From Anaerolineales bacterium (GTDB lineage: Bacteria; Chloroflexota; Anaerolineae; Anaerolineales; E44-bin32), in NCBI GenBank assembly GCA_049644665.1, contig JBARSI010000155.1, positions 4,888 through 68,887 of the forward strand: a DNA stretch of 64,000 nucleotides. The letters run 5' to 3'. A program made the translations under genes and the position numbers. The notes below the pieces were generated by a model. The model searched no databases. It saw only the letters and a program-made list of their open reading frames with translations, and had not been told where the DNA came from. Shown here piece after piece: positions 46,547 to 56,190 of the stretch; position 1 is the first letter of the stretch, and every line of letters begins with the position of its first letter.

Positions 46547-47522
46547 GTCTTTTATGCATGAGGGAACCATGAAAGATAACGAAATCAAAGGTGATATCAT
46601 ACCGATATCCAGTCAGGATCTACCGCCCCGGCGGCGACCGGAATGGATTAAGGTGAGCGCACCCTCGGGCGATGCCTACGAGCGCCTGCGAGGCATGATG
46701 CGTTCCAAGTCGTTACATACCGTTTGTGAAGAGGCCCGCTGTCCGAACATGGGGGAATGCTGGGGTTCCGGGACGGCGACGTTTTTGCTTATGGGTGACG
46801 TGTGCACGCGCTCATGCGGCTTCTGCGATATAGCCACCGGGCGCCCCGCCCCGTTAGACTGGCTCGAGCCTGAGCGAGTAGCGCGCGCCGTACAGGCGAT
46901 GGATCTACGCCACGCAGTAATTACCAGCGTAAATCGCGATGAGCGCTCCGACGGCGGCGCACCGGTTTTTGCGATGGTTATCCAGAGAATCCGTGAATTG
47001 CAGCCAGGCTGCTCCATCGAAGTTCTCATCCCGGACTTCAAAGGTTCTATCGAATCGCTGAAGATCGTTATGGATGCCCGACCTGAGATTCTCAACCACA
47101 ACGTTGAGACCGTGCCGCGGCTCTTTAAGAAAGTTCAACCGCAGGATCATTTTGAGTGGGCGCAGGCTACACTTACCAACGCTAAGAAATTAGACTCGGA
47201 GGTGCTCACGAAGTCAGGCATGATGGTTGGGTTGGGAGAGACCATGGAAGAAGTCAAGGCGGTCATGGATGACCTTTGCTCTTGGGGGGTCGACATCCTC
47301 ACCATTGGTCAGTATCTCCAACCCACGAAAGAGCATCTCCCGATCGAACGCTACTATACCCCGGAGGAGTTCGAAGAGTTCGAGCGTTACGGTAGGGATA
47401 TCGGTTTCAGGTGGGTTGAAAGCGGACCGCTGGTGCGTTCTTCTTACCACGCTGAGCAGCAGGTGCGAGCCTTGAGTGTGGTCCACCGAAAGCTATATGA
47501 GGGTGAAAAGAAAAACTCGTGA
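46545..47522 (+). CDS. lipA: Lipoyl synthase
   Basis: Contains [12 protein letters not shown] and the radical-SAM motif [10 protein letters not shown]. The likely real start is ATG 46554. Confidence 0.95.
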   Translation: MSFMHEGTMKDNEIKGDIIPISSQDLPPRRRPEWIKVSAPSGDAYERLRGMMRSKSLHTVCEEARCPNMGECWGSGTATFLLMGDVCTRSCGFCDIATGRPAPLDWLEPERVARAVQAMDLRHAVITSVNRDERSDGGAPVFAMVIQRIRELQPGCSIEVLIPDFKGSIESLKIVMDARPEILNHNVETVPRLFKKVQPQDHFEWAQATLTNAKKLDSEVLTKSGMMVGLGETMEEVKAVMDDLCSWGVDILTIGQYLQPTKEHLPIERYYTPEEFEEFERYGRDIGFRWVESGPLVRSSYHAEQQVRALSVVHRKLYEGEKKNS

Positions 47523-47601
47523 AAGCGCCCGTCACTAATTGAATGCAGAATGCACGGGCGGCAGAAGGCCAGGCTTCAAGTAAGTCTCACGGAGTCCGAC
47601 G

Positions 47602-48228
47602 ATGATTGAACTGAGGGTTTTATCCGTTGGCGAATACCAGACGAACTGCTATCTACTCGTTGACACCGAATCGTATGAAGGAGTACTAATCGACCCCGGA
47701 GATGAAGCGCAGGAGATTCTCGATTGGTTAGGAAACACAAGCATTACCAGCATCTTGCTTACCCACGGACATCCGGATCACGTTGGGGCGCTTCAGACGG
47801 TAAGGCAGTCATTGGGGGTCAAAGTGGGGATCCACCCAGCCGATGCTGACACTTTTTCCATACCGGCTGATTTTAAATTATCAAAAGGCGATGTTTTCGG
47901 GTTGGGGGACGCTCACATCGAGGTTGTTCATGTTCCCGGCCATACACCCGGAAGTGTCGCTTTAAAGCTCATCGAAGCTGATGGATTCCAACATGCCCTG
48001 TCCGGGGATGCGATTTTCCCCGGAGGGCCAGGACATACGAAGACCCCTGAGGCGCTGGCGACAGCGCTCGAATCATTGACCCGCACGGTCTTCACCTGGT
48101 CTGATTCGGTTCGATTGCACCCAGGGCATGGGGAGTCGACGACAGTGGGAGCAGAACGCGCAGCCTTCGAAGCCTTCCGGGACAAATTGCTCCCGCCCGA
48201 TCTCTGCGGCGATGTTGCCTGGGGTTGA
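47602..48228 (+). CDS. MBL-fold metallo-hydrolase (glyoxalase II-like)
   Basis: Contains the THGHPDHVG motif. Confidence 0.8.
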   Translation: MIELRVLSVGEYQTNCYLLVDTESYEGVLIDPGDEAQEILDWLGNTSITSILLTHGHPDHVGALQTVRQSLGVKVGIHPADADTFSIPADFKLSKGDVFGLGDAHIEVVHVPGHTPGSVALKLIEADGFQHALSGDAIFPGGPGHTKTPEALATALESLTRTVFTWSDSVRLHPGHGESTTVGAERAAFEAFRDKLLPPDLCGDVAWG

Positions 48229-48447
48229 TGAATATCGGGACGCAAGGGGAGCGGATGGATAACGTATGAAAAAGCCCGGTTTGATTGGGTTAGGATTTAT
48301 ACGACATTCTTCTGATGAGTACAATCAAAGGTCAGGCACGAACAATCTTACAGCCATCCCATGGTGGCACCCCTGCTCCAGGGTTTGCAAATCCAACCCC
48401 ACTTAATGAAGTGGACCGTAGCTGAAATAGCCGCCATGTGAGGTGTA

Positions 48448-48864
48448 ATGGGCGAATACCGTTTTTTTCATTCGATTGAGATCCGCTATGGGGATATTGA
48501 TGCACAGCGCCACGTAAACAATGCCCGCCACTTCACCTACATGGAGCAGGCGCGATCGAAGTACATCAAGGAGCTTGGTTTATGGGAGGGATCAGACTTT
48601 GACGCGATCGGGATTATCCTGGCGGAGCAGAGCTGCCGTTACATTAACCCAATCCAATTAGAGAGCGATATTAGAGTAGGGGTTCGTACCGTGCGTCTCG
48701 GGGAGAAAAGCATGGAGACTCAATACTCAATACAGGATGCTCAAACAGGAGAAGAACTGGCTGTTGGGCAGGCAATATTGGTTGCATATGATTACCAACT
48801 GGGGAAATCCATCCCCATTCCAGATGACTGGCGGGTCGTCATCACATCTTTTGAAGGTATGTAA
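48448..48864 (+). CDS. Hotdog-fold acyl-CoA thioesterase (YbgC/4HBT-like)
   Basis: 138 aa. N-terminal IEIRYGDIDAQRHVNNARHF is typical of 4HBT thioesterases. Confidence 0.75.
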   Translation: MGEYRFFHSIEIRYGDIDAQRHVNNARHFTYMEQARSKYIKELGLWEGSDFDAIGIILAEQSCRYINPIQLESDIRVGVRTVRLGEKSMETQYSIQDAQTGEELAVGQAILVAYDYQLGKSIPIPDDWRVVITSFEGM

Positions 48865-48986
48865 AATTCCAGTCAGAAGGAATACGCGAGGTTTCGCGAC
48901 GCTATAGTCGGACGGTTTCGCTTTATCAAGTTACATTACCCGCGATACCATCTCGATCGATGCGGGATTATGAGAGGAATCGAAAA

Positions 48987-49991
48987 ATGCATTTAGATGT
49001 GTCGCTTCCCCCGGTGTCACTTAAGGATGTCCCGGCTATAGCCGCGGCGGTTGAGGGGATGCGCTTTGATGGTCTCTGGTCAGCAGAGACCCAGCATGAC
49101 CCTTTTCTCCCCTTGGCTCTGGTTGCAGAGCACACGAGCGAGATTCGTTTTGGTACCGCGGTGGCGATCGCGTTCGCTCGCAGCCCGGCGAATGTTGCCC
49201 ATACGGCATGGGATTTAGCGGCCGCATCGCAAGGGCGATTTATCTTGGGGTTGGGGACGCAAGTCAAACCGCATATTGAGCGGCGCTTTGGGATGACCTG
49301 GCCCGATTCACCCGTAGGTAAACTGCGCGAGTTCGTTATGGCCGTGCGCGCATTCTGGTCAGCGTGGCAAAAGGACGAAAGACTGAATTATCGGGGTGAT
49401 TATTACAAACTCACATTGATGACGCCTTTCTTTAACCCCGGACCGATTAGTCACCCTGAAATACCGATCTATTTGGCAGGGGTGAATCCCGGGATGTGTC
49501 GATTGACGGGAGAAGTGGCCGATGGTTTCCATGTCCACCCACTGCACACGGAGCGCTATCTGCGCGAAGTTATCCGGCCCGCGATCGCGGAAGGCGCCAA
49601 GCGAGCTGGACGAGATGAAAGCAAAATCGAGCTTTCAACCTCCACATTTATCGTGACGAACGCACAGCAGAATGCGTTTGTGCGTTCGCAAATCGCATTT
49701 TACGCATCCACACCATCCTATCGCCGAGTGATGTCGCTCCATGGGTGGAATGACACTGCCGAAGAACTTTCTTCCCTGGCTCGACAGGGAGAGTGGGAGG
49801 CGATGCCAGATTTGGTGGATGATGAAATGTTGGCGACCTTCGCAGTGGTTGAGAAGTCCGATGCGCTGGCAGGCGCGATCAAAAAGCGCTATGAGGGGCT
49901 GGTGGACAGGATCACGCCATATAGGGCGTTTCTCCCCGGCGATGACGATGAGTTCTGGCGCGTCCTCGTTGATGCCTGGAGGCGAAACTGA
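48987..49991 (+). CDS. Luciferase-like (LLM class), probably F420-dependent, oxidoreductase
   Basis: LLM fold strings FDGLWSAETQHDPF and RFILGLGTQVKPH. SD GAGAGGAA lies before ATG 48987. Confidence 0.7.
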   Translation: MHLDVSLPPVSLKDVPAIAAAVEGMRFDGLWSAETQHDPFLPLALVAEHTSEIRFGTAVAIAFARSPANVAHTAWDLAAASQGRFILGLGTQVKPHIERRFGMTWPDSPVGKLREFVMAVRAFWSAWQKDERLNYRGDYYKLTLMTPFFNPGPISHPEIPIYLAGVNPGMCRLTGEVADGFHVHPLHTERYLREVIRPAIAEGAKRAGRDESKIELSTSTFIVTNAQQNAFVRSQIAFYASTPSYRRVMSLHGWNDTAEELSSLARQGEWEAMPDLVDDEMLATFAVVEKSDALAGAIKKRYEGLVDRITPYRAFLPGDDDEFWRVLVDAWRRN

Positions 49992-51073
49992 TCATCGTAG
50001 ATGGCCATGAAGATCTGGCGTGGAACGCGCTCACTTTCGATCGTGATTACACACGTTCCGCTCTTGAGACACGGGCGAAGGAAGAGGGGACATCCATACC
50101 AGAGTGGAACGGTGACACGCTGCTTGGTTGGCCGGAGTGGGTACGGGGCGGCGTAGCGGTCGTATTCGCTACGCTCTTCTCTGCGCCACTTAGATGGAAG
50201 AAAGAGTCCTGGGATGTTAGATGTTACGCTGATGCCGAGGAGGCGCATTCGCTCTACCGCTCCGATCTGGCGTATTACCATCAACTGGTAGACGAACATT
50301 CCGAGAAGTTCCGTTTAATCCTCGACAAACACGACCTTGGAATCACAGAGTCGATCTGGCAGAAGGCGGAGGATGAGCAAAGCGTGGGTATGGTTTTGCT
50401 CATGGAAGGTGCGGATGGCGTTCGGTCACCGGAAGAACTGCAAGAGTGGTTCGATGGGGGCGTTAGGATTCTGGGCCCTGCTTGGGCCGCCACGCGATAC
50501 GCTGGGGGGACTGGAGAACCGGGTCCTCTAACGAATCTCGGCCGCGAGCTGCTGGACGTCATGGCCGAGGTTGGAATGGTCCTGGATTTATCGCATCTGG
50601 CCGAAGAGGGGGCTGTAGAAGCGCTGGATCGTTTCCAAGGATCGATCCTGGTCTCACATACAAGCCCGCTCACCCTTGTGCCCAATGCGGAGAAACCCGA
50701 ACGGCACATCACCGACCTCGTTATCCGACTAACCGCCGAACGGGACGGGGTGATTGGTTTAGTGCTGGGGAATCGCTTCTTGAAAGATGGGTGGGAGCCT
50801 TCGCAAGGTAGAGCTATCGTAACACTTGCGGACGTTGCTATGGGGATCGATTATATTTGCCAGATGCTGGGAAATGCTATGCACGTTGGCTTAGGAAGTG
50901 ATTTTGATGGAGGTTTTGGCTTGGACAAAGTCCCGCAGGGGCTTGACAGTGTCGCTGACTTGCGGTTAATTGGCGAGTCGCTTGACGCACGCGGCTATAA
51001 TCAAAAAGATATCGAAGGAATACTTGGGGAAAACTGGCTGCGATTTTTACATAGAGCATTACCGGAGAGCTAA
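49988..51073 (+). CDS. M19-family (renal-type) dipeptidase. The start codon is non-canonical or undefined.
   Basis: The frame is open from 49973. Translation LIIVDGHEDLAWN.. carries the N-terminal HxD zinc motif and continues without a stop into the track ORF 50384..51073 (LLMEGADG, VSHTSP, GLGSDFDGG). Confidence 0.7.
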   Translation: MIIVDGHEDLAWNALTFDRDYTRSALETRAKEEGTSIPEWNGDTLLGWPEWVRGGVAVVFATLFSAPLRWKKESWDVRCYADAEEAHSLYRSDLAYYHQLVDEHSEKFRLILDKHDLGITESIWQKAEDEQSVGMVLLMEGADGVRSPEELQEWFDGGVRILGPAWAATRYAGGTGEPGPLTNLGRELLDVMAEVGMVLDLSHLAEEGAVEALDRFQGSILVSHTSPLTLVPNAEKPERHITDLVIRLTAERDGVIGLVLGNRFLKDGWEPSQGRAIVTLADVAMGIDYICQMLGNAMHVGLGSDFDGGFGLDKVPQGLDSVADLRLIGESLDARGYNQKDIEGILGENWLRFLHRALPES

Positions 51074-51078
51074 CTTTT

Positions 51079-51543
51079 ATGCCCGCACTCACTCGATTGC
51101 AGACACGTCTTGCGCGACTCTGGATGACGGTAATGTTCATCGGCCTCCTGATCTTTATGGTCGGCATACAACCCGATCTCATCGGAATGAACCGCAGCGT
51201 TGCTGTTGGCTTTGTCCAGATCGGTGTCTGGCTGACGGGGCTGGCGATTCTGCTCGTGGCGGCTTATTCAACTGTGCGGATGGTACGCAACGGCAAACCC
51301 ACCTCTTTACGAGCTGACATTGGAATCAGGCTAATCGCGACAGGCTACGTCGTCGCTGCGGTCGGGTCGCTGGCCGACTTCATCGGTGTGGGCTCTCATC
51401 GAATGCCCGCGGTCTACTTTGGACCTATTCAGTTGATTGGGTTGGTATCGGGTGTGTTTCTCAGCCTGCTCGGTGTGATCCTCTATATGCCCTGGACAAA
51501 GAAATTAGAGACTGAAGAAAGTGTGCCAGAACCAGACGAATAG
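51079..51543 (+). CDS. Small integral membrane protein (4 helices), hypothetical
   Basis: 154-aa hydrophobic ORF that starts 5 nt after the dipeptidase stop. Confidence 0.55.
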   Translation: MPALTRLQTRLARLWMTVMFIGLLIFMVGIQPDLIGMNRSVAVGFVQIGVWLTGLAILLVAAYSTVRMVRNGKPTSLRADIGIRLIATGYVVAAVGSLADFIGVGSHRMPAVYFGPIQLIGLVSGVFLSLLGVILYMPWTKKLETEESVPEPDE

Positions 51544-51730
51544 ACTCCAAATCAAGGGAGCGAATGGCTCCATTGCCCCCCACCGGTTGTAAAAGCGCGT
51601 CCAACATTGGCTAGGAATCGGCCTTTCAACAAGGCCGGTTTCGGTTAAAGGCTTCAATAAGAGCTGAGGGCGCCGGGTCATTGGGGAGATAAGCGGGGAA
51701 TCGACTTGTCTGGGTATTTGAGAGTTTGTG

Positions 51731-52783
51731 CTACTCAGTCATTTTCTCGCTGGAGTGACCGGGGAAGACTTTTCCATCAGGCTTGATCGCGGCATAGGCA
51801 TAGTTGACCGCTACGGTGACCTGGCCGTAGCCAACGACGATTAAATTGAGCGGATCGAGATCCTCTTGTAGAGCGACGTCGCCAGCAGCGTATACTCCCG
51901 GGAGATTAGTTTCCATCTTACTATTGACTTTAATGTAGCGGCGGCCGATTGTTTCCAGCCCCCACTCACGAATAGGTCCGAGGTCGGCTTTGAATCCAAG
52001 AGCCAGGATGCCGGCATCGACATCGATTGTTGTTTCGTTGTCTGTACGATTGTCGAAAAGCACAGCGCGTTCAAGGCGTTCGTCACCCTGAAACTCGCGC
52101 AATTCATAGAAGACACGGGTATCGACGGACGATTCCATCAAGGCATTCACGGAAGTATCGTGTGCGCGAAAACCCTCGCGACGATGAATCAAGGTCACAC
52201 GCTCGGCAACCGGCTCAAGCGCTAACGACCAGTCCACAGCGCTGTCGCCGCCTCCCACGATGAGTACGCGCATCCCGGCAAAGTCGTTGATATCCTTGAC
52301 CCAATAATACACACCCTTATCTTCAAAGCGCGTAATACTCTCGTTATTAAGTTTGGTTGGACGGAAGGCGCCAATACCTGCGGCGATCACGACAGTGCGA
52401 GAGTAGTGGATGCCCTTGTCAGTCTCGAGGATCCAGCACTCCTGCCCATAATCATCTCCAGGGAATGGTGCGAGCGTGAGCTTTATGGCTCTTTCTTCAA
52501 GCGCCATAGTCGGCTTCCACTGAGAGGCTTGCTCGGTCAGGCACGAGGCAAGCTCCTTCGAAAGAATCTCAGGAAAACCTGGAGTGTCGAATATCATCTT
52601 ATCGGGATATAGCGCGATCAACTGACCGCCGGGTTGCGGTAGAGCATCGATGACCTTGACCTTCATCTCGCGCAGACCGGCGTAGAAAGCCCCAAAGAGT
52701 CCCGTAGGACCGGCGCCGACAAATGTGATATCAAATAATTCAGCTATATTCTTGGGACTCATCATTTTTGGAGAATCCTCCAT
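51731..52783 (-). CDS. Thioredoxin-reductase-like ferredoxin-NADP+ reductase (YumC type)
   Basis: Contains DITFVGAGPTGLFGAFYAG, PGGQL and the second Rossmann motif VGGGDSAVDW. Confidence 0.8.
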   Translation of the reverse strand: MEDSPKMMSPKNIAELFDITFVGAGPTGLFGAFYAGLREMKVKVIDALPQPGGQLIALYPDKMIFDTPGFPEILSKELASCLTEQASQWKPTMALEERAIKLTLAPFPGDDYGQECWILETDKGIHYSRTVVIAAGIGAFRPTKLNNESITRFEDKGVYYWVKDINDFAGMRVLIVGGGDSAVDWSLALEPVAERVTLIHRREGFRAHDTSVNALMESSVDTRVFYELREFQGDERLERAVLFDNRTDNETTIDVDAGILALGFKADLGPIREWGLETIGRRYIKVNSKMETNLPGVYAAGDVALQEDLDPLNLIVVGYGQVTVAVNYAYAAIKPDGKVFPGHSSEKMTE

Positions 52784-52900
52784 ACTGCGCAGACTGACAA
52801 AAGCAGATTATAAAGGCACTAAAGAAGGAGCCTCAATTGGAAATGCGGCCAGGTTCATGGGAATTGCCCCCTCCTAGGTGATTGTTCTAAGCGCCGGCAG

Positions 52901-53689
52901 TTAAGTGCCGGCCAGGAAAAATATCACCACTAAAGCAAGAGCTGACAGAAACCCGGAGGCCGCGAAGAAAAGCACTCGGGTTGCACTCCATGGCCGCCGA
53001 TCCACCAATCGGCCATCGTCCACCGACGCCCAGGTAACCTCATAGCGGGGTCCAAGGAACAAAGTGAGGGCAGCGCCAGCCAGCAAACCGCCCAGATGAC
53101 CCCAATTGTCAATTCCATCCACAACAAGACCGAAGCCCAAATTTAAAAGAGCCACAAAAACGATTTGGCGTAATTGTTGACGGCCAAAACGACCGAACAG
53201 ATCACGGTGAAGGTACAAGAAAGCTCCCAACGATCCAAGTAGTCCGAAGATTGCCCCGGAAGCGCCGGCCGAGCGGTATGGGCTGAAAGCCAGGCTTAGA
53301 ACAACTCCCGCGATTCCGCAAAGCAAGTAGACAGCAACAAAACGAGCTGTGCCGAAGAAGCGTTCCACGGCTGGGCCTATTGCGTAGAGCGAGTACATAT
53401 TGATAAAGACGTGAGGAATTGAGAGGTGCAGGAAAACCGGGGTAACGAAACGCCAGATTTCACCAGCCAGGATTTCGGGACGGGATTTTGCCCCCAACTC
53501 TAACAACCAATCGATTTGAAAAAACTCTATCGAAAGGAATTGCCCCATAAAAAAGGCTAGCGTGATCGCGATTAAGCTATAAGTGCCAGGGAATTGTTTG
53601 AAACCAGGGCGTGATTTTGTGGGTTGTGCATCAGGCCTAGCGGGAGGGAGAGACATGGTGGGATCCTGCGGCGGAATTCCTTGTGTCAC
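52901..53689 (-). CDS. Rhomboid-family intramembrane serine protease
   Basis: Contains GASGAIFGLLG (catalytic Ser) and the downstream His in WGHLGG. Confidence 0.85.
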   Translation of the reverse strand: MTQGIPPQDPTMSLPPARPDAQPTKSRPGFKQFPGTYSLIAITLAFFMGQFLSIEFFQIDWLLELGAKSRPEILAGEIWRFVTPVFLHLSIPHVFINMYSLYAIGPAVERFFGTARFVAVYLLCGIAGVVLSLAFSPYRSAGASGAIFGLLGSLGAFLYLHRDLFGRFGRQQLRQIVFVALLNLGFGLVVDGIDNWGHLGGLLAGAALTLFLGPRYEVTWASVDDGRLVDRRPWSATRVLFFAASGFLSALALVVIFFLAGT

Positions 53690-54303
53690 AGGCGCACTTG
53701 CCTCGGGTTCGAACGGCGGTGTTCGGACTCGATGATTGCTGCAATTGCTCCTACCGTTTCGTCGAGATGTCCATCGGCGTTAACTACGTAGTAGTCGAAG
53801 AGATCTACCTTATATAATTCCTCGCGCGCGGTATCGATCCGCAGCTGAAGCATCTCCTCGGATTCCGTTCGGCGCGCCTTCAAGCGTGCGATGAGCTCCT
53901 CCTCCGTCTGCGTCGAAAGAAATATCAACAATGCCTCGGGATAGAGTTGGCGGATAGTTTCAGCGCCTTGCACGTCGAGGCGCATGACGACATCCCGACC
54001 GCTGGCGAAAGCATCCCGCACTTGCTGCCTGGGGATCCCTTTATGCTCATTATAGACAAGCGCATGTTCAAGCAGCTCGTCCCGTTCGATCATCTCGAGA
54101 AACTCATCCGGGGAGACAAAGAAATAATCGACTCCCTCAACTTCACCCTCCCTCTTCGGTCGCGATGTTGCTGTGACCACGAAGTGAAAAGGTAGTTGGA
54201 GCTCCTTCATGCGCTGAAGGACAGTGTCCTTCCCAACGCCTGAGGGCCCGGAAATTACGACGAGCAGAGGTTGCTGTTGTTTATTGATGAACTCACGGTA
54301 CAT
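53686..54303 (-). CDS. gmk: Guanylate kinase
   Basis: P-loop ISGPSGVGKDT and GMP-binding motifs are present. Confidence 0.9.
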   Translation of the reverse strand: MYREFINKQQQPLLVVISGPSGVGKDTVLQRMKELQLPFHFVVTATSRPKREGEVEGVDYFFVSPDEFLEMIERDELLEHALVYNEHKGIPRQQVRDAFASGRDVVMRLDVQGAETIRQLYPEALLIFLSTQTEEELIARLKARRTESEEMLQLRIDTAREELYKVDLFDYYVVNADGHLDETVGAIAAIIESEHRRSNPRQVRL

Positions 54304-54306
54304 GTA

Positions 54307-54335
54307 TTGATGCCTCCCGCCGCGGTCAGTATAAT
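54307..54335 (+). promoter_or_regulatory. Sigma-70-type promoter TTGATG-N17-TATAAT
   Basis: Lies about 20 nt upstream of the GGAGGT SD and ATG 54355. Divergent from gmk. Confidence 0.5.
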
Positions 54336-54354
54336 CTATTTACCGGAGGTTAAA

Positions 54355-54729
54355 ATGCCGACGTATGATTATAGGTGCCGTGAGTGTGGTAGGCACAACT
54401 CGATTTATCAGACATATGAGGAATACGATATTGCCTCTGTGGTTTGCCAGTATTGCAGCAGCCAAAAACTAGAGCGAATTATTGACAGAATTAGAGTCGC
54501 GCGTTCGGAAGAATCTCGAATTGAATCACTGGCGGATCCGAGTTCTTGGGGAGATGTAGACGAGTCCGATCCCCGTTCAATGGCAAAGATGATGCGCAAA
54601 ATGGGTGACGAATTGGGCGAAGAGATGCCGCAGGAATTTGATGAGGTCATCGGGCGACTTGAGTCTGGCGAGAGTCCAGAAGAGATTGAGAAGAACCTCC
54701 CCGATCAAGGAATGGAAAATGGCTATTAG
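54355..54729 (+). CDS. FmdB-family zinc-ribbon protein with an acidic tail
   Basis: MPTYDYRCRECG....CQYC is the CxxC...CxxC ribbon. Confidence 0.75.
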   Translation: MPTYDYRCRECGRHNSIYQTYEEYDIASVVCQYCSSQKLERIIDRIRVARSEESRIESLADPSSWGDVDESDPRSMAKMMRKMGDELGEEMPQEFDEVIGRLESGESPEEIEKNLPDQGMENGY

Positions 54730-54785
54730 GCTGAAGTATCGAATGCAGTAGAATGTCCCCTCTGGCCCTCCCCAATTTCTGTGCT

Positions 54786-55421
54786 TCATCCAGCTCCCGC
54801 GAGTATCGCCCGCACTCGTTCGGCGACGGTCAACCCGAGCTTCATGTGTTCAGAAGCCTCAAGGTGGAAACCGTCAATGTCGCTGGAGCGGATAACCTCG
54901 CCGGCATTTAGAAAAGCACAACCGAAATCCGCCGCGATCGACATGTACCGTTCGGCAAATAAGTGCGATTGGGCCACTACACCCGCAAGGGTCTCTGTTT
55001 CATCGGCCAGTGATCCGATGGGTGGGGGAGCAAGAAGAAGAATGGCGGGATTACCCCCTCCAGGACCTGCTCCGCTGTGGTGGATGATGTCCAATAAAAC
55101 ATCGATCCCCTCACCTACGTCATAAGGAGAAACGGAGAATCTCATTATTAGATCATTGGTGCCCAACATCAGGATAACGAGATCCACGGGGCAGTGGTTT
55201 GCGAGGGTGGCACCGAGATCGGCTTTGCCGTTTGAAAAACCATATAGCGGGTTACCCTCGACAGCCGTTCTTCCGTTTAAGCCTTCTTCAATTACCCTAT
55301 AGTCATCACCCAGTTCATTGCGTAGAACGCCAGGCCAGCGCACATCAACCGGATAACGTTCACCGGTAGCCGGGTTAAAACCCCAGGTGTTTGAATCGCC
55401 AAAACATAGCAATGTGATCAA
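54786..55421 (-). CDS. SGNH/GDSL hydrolase
   Basis: Block I is CFGDSNTWG. Block V is DGFHL. Confidence 0.8.
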   Translation of the reverse strand: MITLLCFGDSNTWGFNPATGERYPVDVRWPGVLRNELGDDYRVIEEGLNGRTAVEGNPLYGFSNGKADLGATLANHCPVDLVILMLGTNDLIMRFSVSPYDVGEGIDVLLDIIHHSGAGPGGGNPAILLLAPPPIGSLADETETLAGVVAQSHLFAERYMSIAADFGCAFLNAGEVIRSSDIDGFHLEASEHMKLGLTVAERVRAILAGAG

Positions 55422-55548
55422 TTTCGTTTTCCTTCTTTGAGACCGCTTCTATTATTGAAAGGGAACTGGGCCGCAGGAGAATCCCGCCTGGCCATCATCG
55501 AAAGCCCGGGTACGAGTAATAGGTTGTACCTTGAGGGCGGTTTCCCGG

Positions 55549-56190
55549 CTATCCGTTCGTATCTACCGGTTCTGACTTCAAGCGGGCCATTACTGTGCGT
55601 CGAATTTCTTCTTGAAGTGTCTCAAAGGATTGCTCGGCGCTGAGGATAACCCAGCGTGCTGGAGCTTCGGCAGCTAGTTCGAGATAACCATGACGTACGC
55701 GGCGGTGGAAGTCGACGTCGTATGCGTCCATGCGGTTCCAGTTTCCGTCAGCCTCGCGGCGGCGCAACCCTTCTTCGACGGGAAGGTCGAGCAACAGTGT
55801 GAGATCGGGAGTGAGGCCACTAGTTGCGAAGTTGGTGATCGCCTTTAGTATTTCCAATGGTAAGCGTTGGCCATATCCCTGATAGGCCAGTGAAGAGTCA
55901 AAGAAACGGTCAGAGATGACGGTCAAGCCGATTTCCAGATTGGGGCGAATAACCTCGGCAATATGCTGCGCGCGTGAAGCGGAGAAGAGCAGAAACTCTG
56001 TGCGCGCATCCATGTCTGTGTTCTCGAGCTCCATAATCACATTCCGGATCTGATCTCCTATCGGAGAACCGCCAGGCTCACGGGTGAGCAGAACCTCGAT
56101 GTTTTCGGCGCGCAGGTACTCTGCAAGGAAATGTGCCTGCGATGATTTTCCCCCTCCGTCCGGCCCCTCCAACGTGATAAACAGATTCAT
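55549..56190 (-). CDS. tmk: Thymidylate kinase
   Basis: Contains ITLEGPDGGGKSS and the DRF motif. Confidence 0.9.
   Translation of the reverse strand: MNLFITLEGPDGGGKSSQAHFLAEYLRAENIEVLLTREPGGSPIGDQIRNVIMELENTDMDARTEFLLFSASRAQHIAEVIRPNLEIGLTVISDRFFDSSLAYQGYGQRLPLEILKAITNFATSGLTPDLTLLLDLPVEEGLRRREADGNWNRMDAYDVDFHRRVRHGYLELAAEAPARWVILSAEQSFETLQEEIRRTVMARLKSEPVDTNG

Noticed and set aside
53641-53821. Apparent 1-nt disagreement between my hand-indexing of the printed sequence lines and the ORF-track coordinates for the gmk and rhomboid genes
   Set aside because: The track ORFs are internally consistent, with correct lengths and a 4-nt GTGA overlap. I attribute the mismatch to my own reading of the long sequence and used the track coordinates. 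Hand-derived motif positions elsewhere may be off by 1-2 nt.
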